Origin: an uncultured Acidimicrobiales bacterium
Lineage (GTDB): Bacteria > Actinomycetota > Acidimicrobiia > Acidimicrobiales > UBA10347
DNA length: 64,000 nucleotides
NCBI GenBank assembly: GCA_943788915.1
Contig: CALSSD010000008.1
Coordinates: 62,001 to 126,000, forward strand
Reading direction: 5' to 3'
Both the position numbers and the translations under genes were made by a program. Below, piece after piece: positions 10,391-20,699 of the stretch. The stretch's first letter is position 1, and every line of letters starts with the position of its first letter. The notes beneath the pieces are model-generated. The model saw only the letters and a program-made list of their open reading frames with translations. It had not been told where the DNA came from and ran no database searches.

Positions 10391-10591
10391 GTGGCTTCAT
10401 TTCTACTCTGGCTCATCCTGGCGGTGATCGCGTGGCCGCTTGCGCTGATCGCCCTCATCGTCTACCCAATCGTGTGGCTGATCAGCTTGCCGCTGCGCAT
10501 CGTTGGCATTTCGGTCAAAGGTGTACTCGACCTGATCAAGGCAATCTTGGGGCTCCCCGCGCGGGTGCTGCGAGGCCCTCGCCGGCGCTGA
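10391..10591 (+). CDS. Small hydrophobic membrane protein
   Basis: 66 aa, hydrophobic helices and a basic tail; TACGTT-6nt-GTG start. Confidence 0.7.
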   Translation: MASFLLWLILAVIAWPLALIALIVYPIVWLISLPLRIVGISVKGVLDLIKAILGLPARVLRGPRRR

Positions 10592-10674
10592 GGTGCGAAT
10601 CAGCGACGCGCAGTAACGTCGGGCAAACCGGCATGTTCTTCCCAGACCTGAATGAGTCTGGCCATGCAGGTTGG

Positions 10675-11073
10675 TCAGTCGCGGGCACCGCGGATCCCGG
10701 AGAAGACCGAGACCTTCCATTCGTCGTCTTGTTTGTGCAGTATGTATAAGCTGTCGATCGATTCGATGATTGATCCGTCGGCTCGGTGTCGGGTGCCTTC
10801 GATGGTCAGGTGAGCCCGGGTTTCCTCGAGGTGCACGATCCTGGTTTCGGTTTCAGGATGATGAAAGCCGGTCACCTCTCGCATCCGCTCAGGGTCAAAC
10901 GGGTACTTCTCGCGGACCTGGGCTTCGGTCTCCGACACATAGATCACTGGCAGATGCACCAGGCTCTCGAGATCTGCCCGGGTTCCGCTGGTGAATGCCG
11001 TGTTGTACCGATCCATGAACGCATGGATCTCGGCTTCGAGCACCCGGCGACGCTCGTCATTCATCTTGGCCAT
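10675..11073 (-). CDS. NTF2/SnoaL-like small protein
   Basis: FMDRYNTAF...HLP, R.RADGS.I, Y.L.K.DDEWKV; GGAGG RBS. Confidence 0.7.
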   Translation of the reverse strand: MAKMNDERRRVLEAEIHAFMDRYNTAFTSGTRADLESLVHLPVIYVSETEAQVREKYPFDPERMREVTGFHHPETETRIVHLEETRAHLTIEGTRHRADGSIIESIDSLYILHKQDDEWKVSVFSGIRGARD

Positions 11074-11172
11074 TACAACCTCCCCAGTTTCAGCTCGAAC
11101 TTAGGCGGTCGATGAGACCGGCACAGCACTGGGGTATCTGGCCGCATCGGTGTCGGTCTGCCAGGATGTGGC

Positions 11173-12093
11173 ATGGAGAGTGAACCGGCTCGTGCCTTCG
11201 TCGGATATGCCGGCACCCCGCCACATGCCAACTGGCCGGACGGTGCCCGACTTGCCGTCAACTTCGTGCTCAATGTCGAAGAAGGCTCCGAACCGTCGGT
11301 GCCCGATGGCGACGGCTACACCGAGAACCGTCTGACCGACTCGACCGTGGCACTCGGCACGACCCGGGATCTTGCCGCCGAAGGGTTGTTCGAATATGGA
11401 AGCCGGTCGGGGTTCTTCCGGATCCACCGTGAGTTCCAGCGTCGCTCGCTGCCGCTGACGGTCTTCGCATGCGCGCTGGCACTGGAACGTAACCCAGCGA
11501 TCACCGCCGCAATCTCCGACGCTGGCTACGACGTGTGCAGTCATGGCTACCGCTGGATCAACCATCGCACCCTCACGATCGACGACGAACGCGAGCAGAT
11601 CCGTGCGGCCGTCGAGAGCTTCGAACGCACACTCGGCTACCAGCCTCCCGGTTGGTACTGCCGTTACGGGCCGTCGGTCAACACGCGGCGGTTGCTCGCT
11701 GAGCACGGCGGCTTCATGTACGACTCCGATGCCTACAACGACGACCTTCCGTATTGGAGCACCGTCGACGGCACCGCGCGCCTAGTCGTGCCGTATTCGC
11801 TAACTACCAACGACGGCAAACTCCTCACGATGAATGGCGCTCAGTGGGCCGAGTTCATCACCGACGCAATCGACGTGCTGGTGGCCGAAGGCGAGGAACG
11901 ACCGAAGATGATGTCGATCGGTTTGCACTGTCGCATCGTCGGCCAGCCGGCCCGTTTCGCGGGACTAACTCGAGTGCTCGACCATGTCGCCGCGACTCCC
12001 GGCATCTGGGTCGCTCCCCGGATCAAGATTGCTCACCACTGGGCAACGACCCATCCGCCACAACCACGACCTCAACCAGATACCTCGGCATGA
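11173..12093 (+). CDS. puuE: PuuE-type allantoinase / polysaccharide deacetylase family
   Basis: WPDGARLAVNFVLNVEEG, FEYGSR, SHGYRW, GWYCRYGPS, YDSDAYNDDLPYW, MMSIGLHCRIVGQPAR. Confidence 0.8.
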   Translation: MESEPARAFVGYAGTPPHANWPDGARLAVNFVLNVEEGSEPSVPDGDGYTENRLTDSTVALGTTRDLAAEGLFEYGSRSGFFRIHREFQRRSLPLTVFACALALERNPAITAAISDAGYDVCSHGYRWINHRTLTIDDEREQIRAAVESFERTLGYQPPGWYCRYGPSVNTRRLLAEHGGFMYDSDAYNDDLPYWSTVDGTARLVVPYSLTTNDGKLLTMNGAQWAEFITDAIDVLVAEGEERPKMMSIGLHCRIVGQPARFAGLTRVLDHVAATPGIWVAPRIKIAHHWATTHPPQPRPQPDTSA

Positions 12094-12548
12094 AGCTGAT
12101 CGCCGAGCCACTCACGACCGACGGCTTCACACCCTTTGGCCAAGTCATCACCGCGCCCAACACGTACGGCCGCCAGACGTTCACCGGCTCGCTCGCACAC
12201 GCCGACCGACCGCCCGTACTCTCGACAACCCACACACCCGCCAGGCAGGCACCGTTCATCATCGATCGGCTAGAACGCCATCCTCATTCGAGCCAGACGT
12301 TCCTTCCGTTGGACGTTGGCCGGTGGCTGATCGTGGCAGCTGCCGTGGCGGATTCCAGCCAGGTACGAGCCTTCGTCGCCGATGGAACAACCGGCGTCAC
12401 CATCGGCCGCGGTATATGGCATGGCTCGCTGACTGCACTCGATCGTGACGCAAGTTTCGCGGTCATGATGTGGAAGAACGACGCGCCAGACGACGACGAT
12501 TGGGCGACGGTCACACCACTCACCATCGAAGTGCCGCCAGCCACTTGA
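12090..12548 (+). CDS. allA: Ureidoglycolate lyase
   Basis: MKLIAEPLT...FTPFGQVI, LERHPHSSQTFLPL, GIWH; ATGA overlap with puuE. Confidence 0.8.
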   Translation: MKLIAEPLTTDGFTPFGQVITAPNTYGRQTFTGSLAHADRPPVLSTTHTPARQAPFIIDRLERHPHSSQTFLPLDVGRWLIVAAAVADSSQVRAFVADGTTGVTIGRGIWHGSLTALDRDASFAVMMWKNDAPDDDDWATVTPLTIEVPPAT

Positions 12549-12658
12549 CCTGGCTGTCATCCACTACGTTGCTAGTGAAACCCCGGACTGTGTGAACGAG
12601 GAATACAGCCCGCCAACGAAACCAGAACCACGAAACCAGAACACGAGCGGAGACCGCT

Positions 12659-13789
12659 ATGACGAACCGAGGAAATCCTCTCTTCCGAGCCGATCATGTT
12701 GGCAGCCTGCTTCGGCCACCGGCAATCGTCGAAGCCCGGGCCGCGACACTCACCGATGGAGCGCTGACGTCGCCCGATCTCAAACCGACCGAGGACGCAG
12801 CTATCGCCGACGTCGTCGCCATGCAAGAGTCTCTCGGCCTCGGGCTCGTGACCGATGGCGAGTTTCGACGATCGTTCTGGCACTACGACTTCATGGACGG
12901 TCTCACCGGCCTGAACGTGGTGCAACGCACTGATCGCACCGGCGTGCAGTTCTCGGGGCCACAACTTCGCCCGTACTTCCCAGAAATCAGCGAGCGCATC
13001 GACTTTCCCGATGACCACCCGATGCTGGATCATTTCCGGTATCTGTCCTCGGTCGCCACCGCTACACCCAAGATTTCGATCCCGGGTCCGAGTGCGTGTC
13101 ACTTCCGGACTGCAGCCGACGACATCGCTCCACCGGAATACGCCGACACCGACCTCCTCTTCGCCGACATCAGCGCGGCCTACGCCAAAGCAGTACAAGC
13201 CTTCTACGACGCAGGTTGTCGCTATCTCCAGCTCGACGACATCTTCTTCGCCTACCTGTGCGACGAGACCCAACGTGAACGCAAGCGGGCCGAGGGTTTC
13301 GATCCCGACGAGCTGATCGTCACCTACGCCGACATGCTCGAACGTGCAATCGCCGACCGACCCGATGACATGACGATCGCCATGCACATGTGCCGAGGCA
13401 ACTTCCGCTCGACATGGGTCGCGCAGGGTGGCTACGACCCTGCCGTCGACGCAATCTTCAACCGCACCAGCGTCGACGTCTATCTCATGGAATACGACAC
13501 CGAACGCGCCGGAGGACTAGAGCCCCTGCGGCTCCTACCCAAGGGCACCAAACGAGTCATGCCCGGCTTCATCACCACCAAGACCAGCGAACTCGAATCG
13601 ATCGACGAACTCAAGGTCCGTTTCGAACAGGCCAGTGAGTATGTCGACATGGACCAACTCGGCATTGCACCCCAGTGCGGCTTCGCCTCGACCGAAGAAG
13701 GCAACGAGATCACGGTCGATGATCAACGAGCCAAACTCGAACTGGTAGTCGCTACTGCCGACGCGCTCTGGGGCGGTGTCAACGGCTGA
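12659..13789 (+). CDS. Cobalamin-independent methionine synthase II family (single-barrel) protein
   Basis: RADHVGSLLRP, TDGEFRR, YLQLDD, HMCRGN, MEYD, PQCGFAS Zn motifs. Confidence 0.9.
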   Translation: MTNRGNPLFRADHVGSLLRPPAIVEARAATLTDGALTSPDLKPTEDAAIADVVAMQESLGLGLVTDGEFRRSFWHYDFMDGLTGLNVVQRTDRTGVQFSGPQLRPYFPEISERIDFPDDHPMLDHFRYLSSVATATPKISIPGPSACHFRTAADDIAPPEYADTDLLFADISAAYAKAVQAFYDAGCRYLQLDDIFFAYLCDETQRERKRAEGFDPDELIVTYADMLERAIADRPDDMTIAMHMCRGNFRSTWVAQGGYDPAVDAIFNRTSVDVYLMEYDTERAGGLEPLRLLPKGTKRVMPGFITTKTSELESIDELKVRFEQASEYVDMDQLGIAPQCGFASTEEGNEITVDDQRAKLELVVATADALWGGVNG

Positions 13790-13834
13790 GGCCTCGTGCT
13801 GGCGGTGGCGTCGCCCCCGGGGTAGAGCTTGATA

Positions 13835-14500
13835 TCACCGCTCGCGCGAAGTGCCGGGCGCTGCCAGCCAGTCCCTCAGGTCGTGGATCGAGGTCATGTT
13901 GATCTCGTGTTGCATTGGGTACTCGCGATAGGTGTGGGCGACACCATGTGTGGTCAACGTGTCACGAGTTGTCCTGCCTCGGTCGACGACGACCACCGGG
14001 TCATGGGTGCCGTGGTGGACGAGGATCTCGGGCAACGGGTCATCGTTCGTTGCGTCGCTGAATGCGTACTCGAGGCCGTCGAGTTCGGTCAGCATCCCTG
14101 ACAGGCAGGCCATGGCAGCCGGGCGGATTGCTCCGCCCGTGCGGAGCGCCGAAGCCAGCGTCATCGCGCCGCCTTGCGAGAACCCGATGATCACGGCCTG
14201 CGCCCGATCGAAGCCGCCGTCGGTGCACGCAGTATCGATCGTGGCATCGAGTGCGTCGACCGAACCCAGGAACATTGCCGGGTCGATCGTGCCGTCGTCG
14301 CCGCGTTCGTACCAGCCAGCGCCGATCCCCATAACCGAGAGTGGGCCTCGGGGACACACCGTAAAGAACCGGCCCTGGGGGTCGATGTGTGGAACCAAAC
14401 CTGCCAGGTCGTATTCGTCGGCCCCATAACCATGCACCAGCACGAGTAGCCGCTCCCCCACGCCGGTCGTTCCCACAATGTTCAGCTGAAGCTCGCTCAT
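13835..14500 (-). CDS. Phospholipase/carboxylesterase (alpha/beta hydrolase)
   Basis: LVHGYG, GFSQGG nucleophile elbow, HGTHDPVV, MQHEI. Confidence 0.9.
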   Translation of the reverse strand: MSELQLNIVGTTGVGERLLVLVHGYGADEYDLAGLVPHIDPQGRFFTVCPRGPLSVMGIGAGWYERGDDGTIDPAMFLGSVDALDATIDTACTDGGFDRAQAVIIGFSQGGAMTLASALRTGGAIRPAAMACLSGMLTELDGLEYAFSDATNDDPLPEILVHHGTHDPVVVVDRGRTTRDTLTTHGVAHTYREYPMQHEINMTSIHDLRDWLAAPGTSRER

Positions 14501-14596
14501 GAGCTGGACGGTAGCTCGCCGGACTTGGCCATCGCCCCTGAGCCCCACGGCAATCTGTTTCTTCTAGAGACAACTTGGGCGTGGCGGGTTGCACGT

Positions 14597-15463
14597 TCAG
14601 CGAGACCAACCCGCCATGACCCGGTCGGCGAAGTCGCCGGGCCGCTCGCCATAGATACGTTTGCCAAGCCGCAACGCTTTCTTGCGGACCTTGTGTTGTC
14701 GTTTGCGGGCCAACTCACATGCCTCCATGCCTTCGCCGGTACCCCTGACACCTTCAATGAGCACCGCAAGATCGTGGTCCTGGCCAATCAGGTCACCGAG
14801 TGCATCGAGATCGACGACCAGTGCAGCCAGGGCATCGCGATCGGTGGCGACGAGGAGTTGGACGTGGTACCCCAGGTTCTTGGTGGACTTACGCCACTCG
14901 TGCATGCGGTCGTCGGTCGGCTTCCGCTTGGCGGCACGGAACGACTGCCGACCCTGTCGATAGCTCAGCGTGAGCCCCTTGACGATGGGAGCCGCGTCGT
15001 CGGGAAGGTCCCATCCGTTCGCAGCGACACGTGCCGCTGCAACGAGCTCGCGGGCAACGCCGGTGCGTTCGTCACCTTGCTGCAGCGAAATGGTTGCCGC
15101 CGCAGCAACATCCACTTGGCGATCCCTGATGGCGAGCAGGTCGGGCGACAGGCCAGTTGCGGGAGCAAGCGAATCGATGGTCTCCGCCATGACGTGAGCG
15201 TCACGAGATGCAGAAAACTGGGCCGACGCATCTCGGACCAGATGGTTGAAGTCACGGAAACGGGGGCCGAGAGCGGGCCGAACCAACCGTGCGACGGCAC
15301 GAAGCTCCTTGCACCGCTTCCGGAACTGATGGACCGCGTGTTCAACGTCGACAGGGTTGGGCGAACCCATGGCATCAAGCCTGCCCTCGGCGTCATCAAA
15401 TACGCCGTCGAGCACTCGAGCGATGTCTTCGGGAATGCTGTCGCCAGGATTGAGCTCGAACAC
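14597..15463 (-). CDS. CHAD domain protein (putative polyphosphate binding)
   Basis: VHQFRKRCKELRAV, SRDAHVM, MHEWRK..K.L.Y, LGDLIGQDHDL. Confidence 0.85.
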   Translation of the reverse strand: MFELNPGDSIPEDIARVLDGVFDDAEGRLDAMGSPNPVDVEHAVHQFRKRCKELRAVARLVRPALGPRFRDFNHLVRDASAQFSASRDAHVMAETIDSLAPATGLSPDLLAIRDRQVDVAAAATISLQQGDERTGVARELVAAARVAANGWDLPDDAAPIVKGLTLSYRQGRQSFRAAKRKPTDDRMHEWRKSTKNLGYHVQLLVATDRDALAALVVDLDALGDLIGQDHDLAVLIEGVRGTGEGMEACELARKRQHKVRKKALRLGKRIYGERPGDFADRVMAGWSR

Positions 15464-15572
15464 ACAGCCAGTCTTGTCGCTCTCCGGCCGTACCGACCGG
15501 GACTTCGGCCCCTTTTTCAAGGTGCACACCGGACAACCGCAGAACCCAACCGGACCAGCGTTCAAACCCCGT

Positions 15573-15998
15573 CTAGCTGTCGAAACCCTTTTGGTGCCAC
15601 TCGTTCTGCGGCTTGTTCGGCGTCACGATGAGGAGCACTCGACCGTCGCGTTCCATCTCGGCGAGCAGCTCGGCATCGTCTGCCTCGAAGCGGCCGTGTT
15701 TGTTGCGCAGTGCCTTGAAATACGGCAGACCAAACTCGTTGTCTTCACTGACCTCGGCCACACCGTCAACCACGACATAACGGAACCCGGTCACGTCATC
15801 AATGATCAACTGGGCACGAGGGTCATTGTTGAAGATCCGATACTTCGCCCGATCGTTGGTGGTCGAAATGAAGAACTTCCCGTCATCGAACACGAACCAA
15901 TTTGGCGTGAGATGAGGCCGACCATCGGCCCGGATCCCAGCCACAACCGCGTTGCGTGGCTCAGCCATGAATGCATTCATTGCCTCAATATCAGTCAT
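15573..15998 (-). CDS. PPOX class F420-dependent oxidoreductase
   Basis: IRADGRPHLTPNWF, RAKYR...DPRA, YVVVDG.AEV. Confidence 0.85.
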   Translation of the reverse strand: MTDIEAMNAFMAEPRNAVVAGIRADGRPHLTPNWFVFDDGKFFISTTNDRAKYRIFNNDPRAQLIIDDVTGFRYVVVDGVAEVSEDNEFGLPYFKALRNKHGRFEADDAELLAEMERDGRVLLIVTPNKPQNEWHQKGFDS

Positions 15999-16074
15999 AG
16001 CCGCACCCTATAGGAAGGTATGACTCGACTCGTTCGACCACCCAAGGGGCCCGGCCACGAGCGACCAAACCGCA

Positions 16075-16319
16075 GGTAGCACGAGCCCGACGAGCCCTCG
16101 ACGATGGCAAAACATCCCGAGCCGCTATCAACAAAGCCGCCAAACGCGGCAACGCCGCCATCGATACCGACTTCATCAACAAGGTCGCGGGTGGAAACAG
16201 ACCAAGCCCAAAACATCGCGAAGAAGTTCATCGCCGATCACGCCGACCCCGACGGCACCCAAACCGAACACGACCGCATGCGGGCGGCCCACAGGTCGCC
16301 GGCCTCGGTGCGGCTTTAG
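16075..16319 (+). pseudogene. Probable coding remnant (possibly a DUF222/HNH-type fragment)
   Basis: Coding-like codon usage (ARRALDDGKTSRAAINKAAK...DTDFINKV / VETDQAQNIAKKFIADHADPDG) with a frame change and no start; family guess is weak. Confidence 0.3.
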
Positions 16320-17749
16320 CGCTTCTTCGGATACGGCAGTATGACCACAGCCGAGAAAAAGTAACCGCCAGCGATCAGCAGCCAAACATTGCGGAATGCA
16401 TCGACGGATTCGTTGGTGCGTCCGCCAAGTAGCGCAACCGCGATGGCGACGCCGATCGCGCCGCCCATCCGTCGAATCGTTTGGAAGACGGCATTTCCCA
16501 TGCCCAGGTCCTGGTTGGGCAAATCAGTGAGGGCCGCGTTGGTCACGACGATGCCGACCATGCCAGCACCGAGGCCAAAGATGACCAGCCCAATCAGGTA
16601 CAACGACCAGAAGTCAGGTGTGTCGTCTACACCAAAGACCCACACCAACATGCCCGCTGCAGCGATCAGCCCACCGAGGCTGAGTACACCTCGGTACCCG
16701 TGACGGTCTGACCAATGGCCAACGGGGATAGACACGAAACTCACCACCATCCCGATCGCCACCGCTGCGCCTCCGCCAAGTGCCGAGTAACCCCACACAT
16801 TGATCAAGAACAGTGGCGTGGTGAAGAACCATGCATTAATCGCCAGCTGGGTACCCGCCTGCGACAGGTTGGCCAGCGAGAACGTGCGGTGCCCGAACAG
16901 ACCAAGGTCCACCAGTGGTGACGCCGCATGCATGCACCGCAAGATGAAGGCGGCCGATGCAGCGGCTGCGATGACCAGCGCGGCAACCACACCGGTGCTT
17001 CCCCAACCCCAGCGTGGACCCTGCAGTACACCAAAGGTGAGCAACCCGATTGCAGCGGTACCGACCACGGTCCCCACGTAGTCGATCGGACCAGCACCTT
17101 CTGCTCGTTCGGTCTCGGCCAACACCCGGCGGCCCAACGCCAACACAATCAAGCCGATCGGGATGTTGATCAGAAACGCCCACCGCCAGTCGACCGCTTC
17201 AATGGCGATCGCACCCAAGGTCGGCCCTGCGGCCGCTCCTGCGCTAGCGGTCGTGCCCCAGATCCCCACCGCCAGACCTTGTTTCGATGCCGGGAACAGC
17301 GGCAACAACAGAGCGATCGCTGTCGAGGTGACCATGGCCGCACCGGCACCCTGACCCACCCGCGCTGCGATCAACACCCCGGCAGTCGGCGCCGATGCGG
17401 TGATCGCTGAGACAGCAGTGAAGATGGCCAGGCCGGTCAGAAAGATCCGGCGTCGGCCGAGTCGGTCGCCGAGTCGGCCAGCAACCAGCAACAGCGCCGC
17501 GGCAGCAATGGCATTACCCGAGAGCGCCCACGCCAGAGTGGATCGAGGCGTGTCGATGAACTCGTCCTCGATGAACGGGAAGGCCACGTTCGCAGCCATC
17601 AGATCGAGGATGATGATGAACGTGGCCGACGACACCAGCGCCAGCGAGAGCCACGACTGTCGGCTCACCCGATCTGGCTCACTGCTGGCACCAGACCAAC
17701 GTTGGTCGACGCGATTCGACCCGGATCGATTCACCGCGTGCCTCCCCAA
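16316..17749 (-). CDS. MFS transporter (DHA2-like); start uncertain
   Basis: GRLGDRLGRRR, ARVGQGAGAA, GPTLG, WRWAFLINIPIG and many TM helices. Confidence 0.9.
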   Translation of the reverse strand: MGRHAVNRSGSNRVDQRWSGASSEPDRVSRQSWLSLALVSSATFIIILDLMAANVAFPFIEDEFIDTPRSTLAWALSGNAIAAAALLLVAGRLGDRLGRRRIFLTGLAIFTAVSAITASAPTAGVLIAARVGQGAGAAMVTSTAIALLLPLFPASKQGLAVGIWGTTASAGAAAGPTLGAIAIEAVDWRWAFLINIPIGLIVLALGRRVLAETERAEGAGPIDYVGTVVGTAAIGLLTFGVLQGPRWGWGSTGVVAALVIAAAASAAFILRCMHAASPLVDLGLFGHRTFSLANLSQAGTQLAINAWFFTTPLFLINVWGYSALGGGAAVAIGMVVSFVSIPVGHWSDRHGYRGVLSLGGLIAAAGMLVWVFGVDDTPDFWSLYLIGLVIFGLGAGMVGIVVTNAALTDLPNQDLGMGNAVFQTIRRMGGAIGVAIAVALLGGRTNESVDAFRNVWLLIAGGYFFSAVVILPYPKKR

Positions 17750-17887
17750 GCTTGTTGCTAGTGGGCGACGCTACCTCTCGGAACGATCAGAACTATAGAC
17801 AACGCCGGTATCGCCACTGCCTACTACCTCTCGATGCGGCGCACGGAGACCGTGACACTTTCAAGAGTTCGTTACTGCGACACGGTG

Positions 17888-18388
17888 TCACGGCGTCTCT
17901 ACTTCGCACTGCACGAATACATCAATACCGTTGCCGCCGACGCAATCGTCTTGGTCACGGCCGCCATCGATCGTGTCATCGTCGCCATTGCCATCGATCG
18001 TGTCATCGCCGCCATTGCCAAAGATCGTGTCATCGCCGCTGCCGCCAAAGATCGTATCCGTTTTACCGCGACCGTAAATCGTGTCGTTGCCGCCATCGCA
18101 ATAGACCGTGTCTTGGCCGTTGCCAGCGTCAATCCAGTCATCATCGTCTCCGCCATAGATCGTGTCCCAGCCATTCTCGCCGTAGATCTGATCTTCGCCG
18201 GCCTGTCCGTAGATTGTGTCTGCGCCAGTCCCGCCTCGAATCTCATCATCATTGGCGCCACCAATAATGCAGTCATCTCCGCCCCTACCGTCTATAACGT
18301 CGACGCTGGCGCTGCCAAGAATCAGCTCGTTTGCTGATGTACCCGTTGCCACACCGTTGCTTGCGATTACTAATTCGGTAAGCAGCAT
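17888..18388 (-). CDS. Small haemolysin-type (RTX) calcium-binding repeat protein
   Basis: More than a dozen tandem GGxGxDxI nonapeptides; ends ...QCEVETP. Confidence 0.75.
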   Translation of the reverse strand: MLLTELVIASNGVATGTSANELILGSASVDVIDGRGGDDCIIGGANDDEIRGGTGADTIYGQAGEDQIYGENGWDTIYGGDDDDWIDAGNGQDTVYCDGGNDTIYGRGKTDTIFGGSGDDTIFGNGGDDTIDGNGDDDTIDGGRDQDDCVGGNGIDVFVQCEVETP

Positions 18389-18467
18389 CGTTTCGCACTC
18401 GTCGAGCACGCTGCACCCGTGAGTCGCGATTGTGCACACACTGCTGGAGGTTGTCTAGCTTCGGGTA

Positions 18468-18926
18468 ATGGACATTCGACGTATCACCGAAGTTGGTATT
18501 GCTGTGCACGACCTCGACGAGGCCGTCGCTCTCTTCGAGAACCTTTTTGATGCCGAGGTCGGTGAACTGATCGACGTGCCGATGTACGACATGCGGTTCA
18601 AGATGTGCCGGGTTGGCAAGGTCGATTTCGAAGTTATGGCTCCCACGGCTCCCACCGGGGTCATCGCTGACTTCTTGACAAAACGAGGCCCGGGCCTGCA
18701 TCACATCGCATTCGCGGTCGACGACATCAACGACACCATGGAAACACTTGGCACCAAGGGCGTGCAGTTCGTCGCTGACAAACCGGCCACGCTTTCGACC
18801 TCGATGATCGACTTCGCCGGACGGCGTTTCGACGACGACATCTCGTTCACCTTCTCGCACCCCGCGTCGATCCTCGGCATCCTGTTCGAGTTCATCCAAT
18901 ACCCCGACGACTACGCCACCCCATAA
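18468..18926 (+). CDS. VOC family protein (methylmalonyl-CoA epimerase-like)
   Basis: VGIAVHDLDEA, FLTKRGPGLHHIAFAVDD, HP...GILFEF. Confidence 0.85.
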   Translation: MDIRRITEVGIAVHDLDEAVALFENLFDAEVGELIDVPMYDMRFKMCRVGKVDFEVMAPTAPTGVIADFLTKRGPGLHHIAFAVDDINDTMETLGTKGVQFVADKPATLSTSMIDFAGRRFDDDISFTFSHPASILGILFEFIQYPDDYATP

Positions 18927-18933
18927 CAACTCA

Positions 18934-18989
18934 ACCCGTGAACATCCACCCGTGAACATCCACCCGTGAACCTCCATCCGTGAACATCG
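18934..18989 (+). repeat. Four tandem copies of 14-bp ACCCGTGAACATCC
   Basis: Units start at 18934, 18948, 18962 and 18976 with 0-2 mismatches. Confidence 0.9.
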
Positions 18990-19043
18990 GCGGGCCAGAA
19001 TGTGAAACGCTGATCTGTATCCAACGATGACGAGGAGGCCGCA

Positions 19044-20375
19044 ATGAGCACGGCACGACTTCGCGAAATGCAAGACGATCTGACTCGAGTCGGACCGGGT
19101 ACCACGATGGGCGAGTTCATGCGCCAATACTGGATTCCAGCGGCACTGAGTTCCGAGGTCCACACCGACGGTGATCCGATTCGGCTCAAGCTGCTGGGCG
19201 AACAGCTCATTGTGTGGCGTGACTCGGCAGGTGTCGCCGGTGTCATGGACCATCGATGCCCCCACCGCAACGCGTCGTTGTTCCTAGGGCGCAACGAAGA
19301 CGGCGGCATTCGATGCGTGTATCACGGGTGGAAGTTTGCGGTCGACGGCACCTGCCTCGAACAAGCCAACGTGGCGCCGCAGGACCAGTTCTGCGACACC
19401 GTGCGAGCGGGCGCCTATCCGACCGAAGAACGAGGCGGGCTCATCTGGGCGTACATGGGTCAACGCGAAACACCCCCACCGCTGCCGATGATCGAGGTGG
19501 CGCTGCTCGATGAAAGCGAACTCGAGATCCAGCCAGTTCTTCGCGAGTGCAACTGGCTCCAAGCGCTCGAAGGTGACATCGACACGTCGCACTTCGGCTT
19601 CTTACACATCGGCCATGTCAACGCAGACGAACTCGACGACGACAATCCCATGCGGGGCACCATCACCAATCGTGCCCCCGCCTATCACGCCCGCAACACC
19701 GACTGGGGCACGTCCTACGGCGCCTATCGACCAGGCCCGGACGACACGACCTATTGGCGGTTCGCAAACTTCATGTTTCCGTTCTGGACCCAACAACCGC
19801 AGGGACCGTTCGCCCGCAACATTCACGCCCGTGCCTGGGTGCCGCTCGATGACAACAACACCATGTTCATCAACGTGATGTGGAAGGAACTCACCGACCG
19901 AGCCTCCATCGCACCCACTCGCACAGACGGAAGTGAGATCGAAGGCCTCGACATCGTCAATACTTATCTGCCAAACACGACCGACTGGCTCGGGCGGTGG
20001 CGGTTGGCCGCGCACGAAGGCAACGACTGGGAAATCGATCGCGATGCCCAACGGTCGGGCCGGATCTTCACCGGCATCGCCGATGTACACCTGCAGGACC
20101 AGGCGGTCACCGAGTCCATGGGGCCAATCACCGACTTCACCCGAGAGAACCACAGCAGTAGTGATCAGATGATCGTGCTCACCCGACGCCGAGCGGTCCG
20201 GGCAGCGAGAGCATGGCGAGACAACGGCACCGTGCCACCCGGTGTCGACGACCCCGAGGCGTTCTTCGGGTCACGAAGCGGCTTCTTTTGGGCTGGCGAA
20301 GACGTCGACTGGCTCGACGCCTACAGCACCGAGATGACCACCGTCGAACACCCCGCTGGTGATCCCTCGGCCTGA
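19044..20375 (+). CDS. Rieske non-haem iron oxygenase alpha subunit (phthalate 4,5-dioxygenase/LigXa-like)
   Basis: CPHRNASL...CVYHGW Rieske motif; NWLQALEGDIDTSHFGFLH iron site; QDQAVTESMG. Confidence 0.9.
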   Translation: MSTARLREMQDDLTRVGPGTTMGEFMRQYWIPAALSSEVHTDGDPIRLKLLGEQLIVWRDSAGVAGVMDHRCPHRNASLFLGRNEDGGIRCVYHGWKFAVDGTCLEQANVAPQDQFCDTVRAGAYPTEERGGLIWAYMGQRETPPPLPMIEVALLDESELEIQPVLRECNWLQALEGDIDTSHFGFLHIGHVNADELDDDNPMRGTITNRAPAYHARNTDWGTSYGAYRPGPDDTTYWRFANFMFPFWTQQPQGPFARNIHARAWVPLDDNNTMFINVMWKELTDRASIAPTRTDGSEIEGLDIVNTYLPNTTDWLGRWRLAAHEGNDWEIDRDAQRSGRIFTGIADVHLQDQAVTESMGPITDFTRENHSSSDQMIVLTRRRAVRAARAWRDNGTVPPGVDDPEAFFGSRSGFFWAGEDVDWLDAYSTEMTTVEHPAGDPSA

Positions 20376-20699
20376 GATTCTGCCCAGCCAACCCCAGACT
20401 CGGCCAACGGGAGACTCTGCGCTCTCATCGAACGCTGGGCCCGACGGCCAGATCTGACGGGCAGATCCAATGGACAGGCCCGCCCGCTCGAGTGGCTGGA
20501 CAGGGCCGCAGCCTGGTCGCGTCGATCATTTGGCACGCCTACTGGGTCACCCAACACATCACCAGCGATGCCCCCGACCACCCGATATCTGGCGATCTGC
20601 GCCGCCTGTCTTGTGGCCGGGATCGCTGTGTGAGCAGTCGACCAACCGCCGCGAACCACTACGGTCGAGGTATCAGTCCCTGGCTGCGAGGAGCATCCC

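Noticed and set aside
14525..15631. Long antisense or alternative-frame ORFs (also 27731-28867, 38796-39941, 43933-45042, 57211-58218, 61883-62986)
   Set aside because: Shadow ORFs typical of high-GC DNA, lying opposite well-supported genes.
20400..20640. Possible membrane-protease remnant (GRSLVASIIWHA) between the Rieske and LLM genes
   Set aside because: Only a short resemblance spread over several frames; too weak to call.
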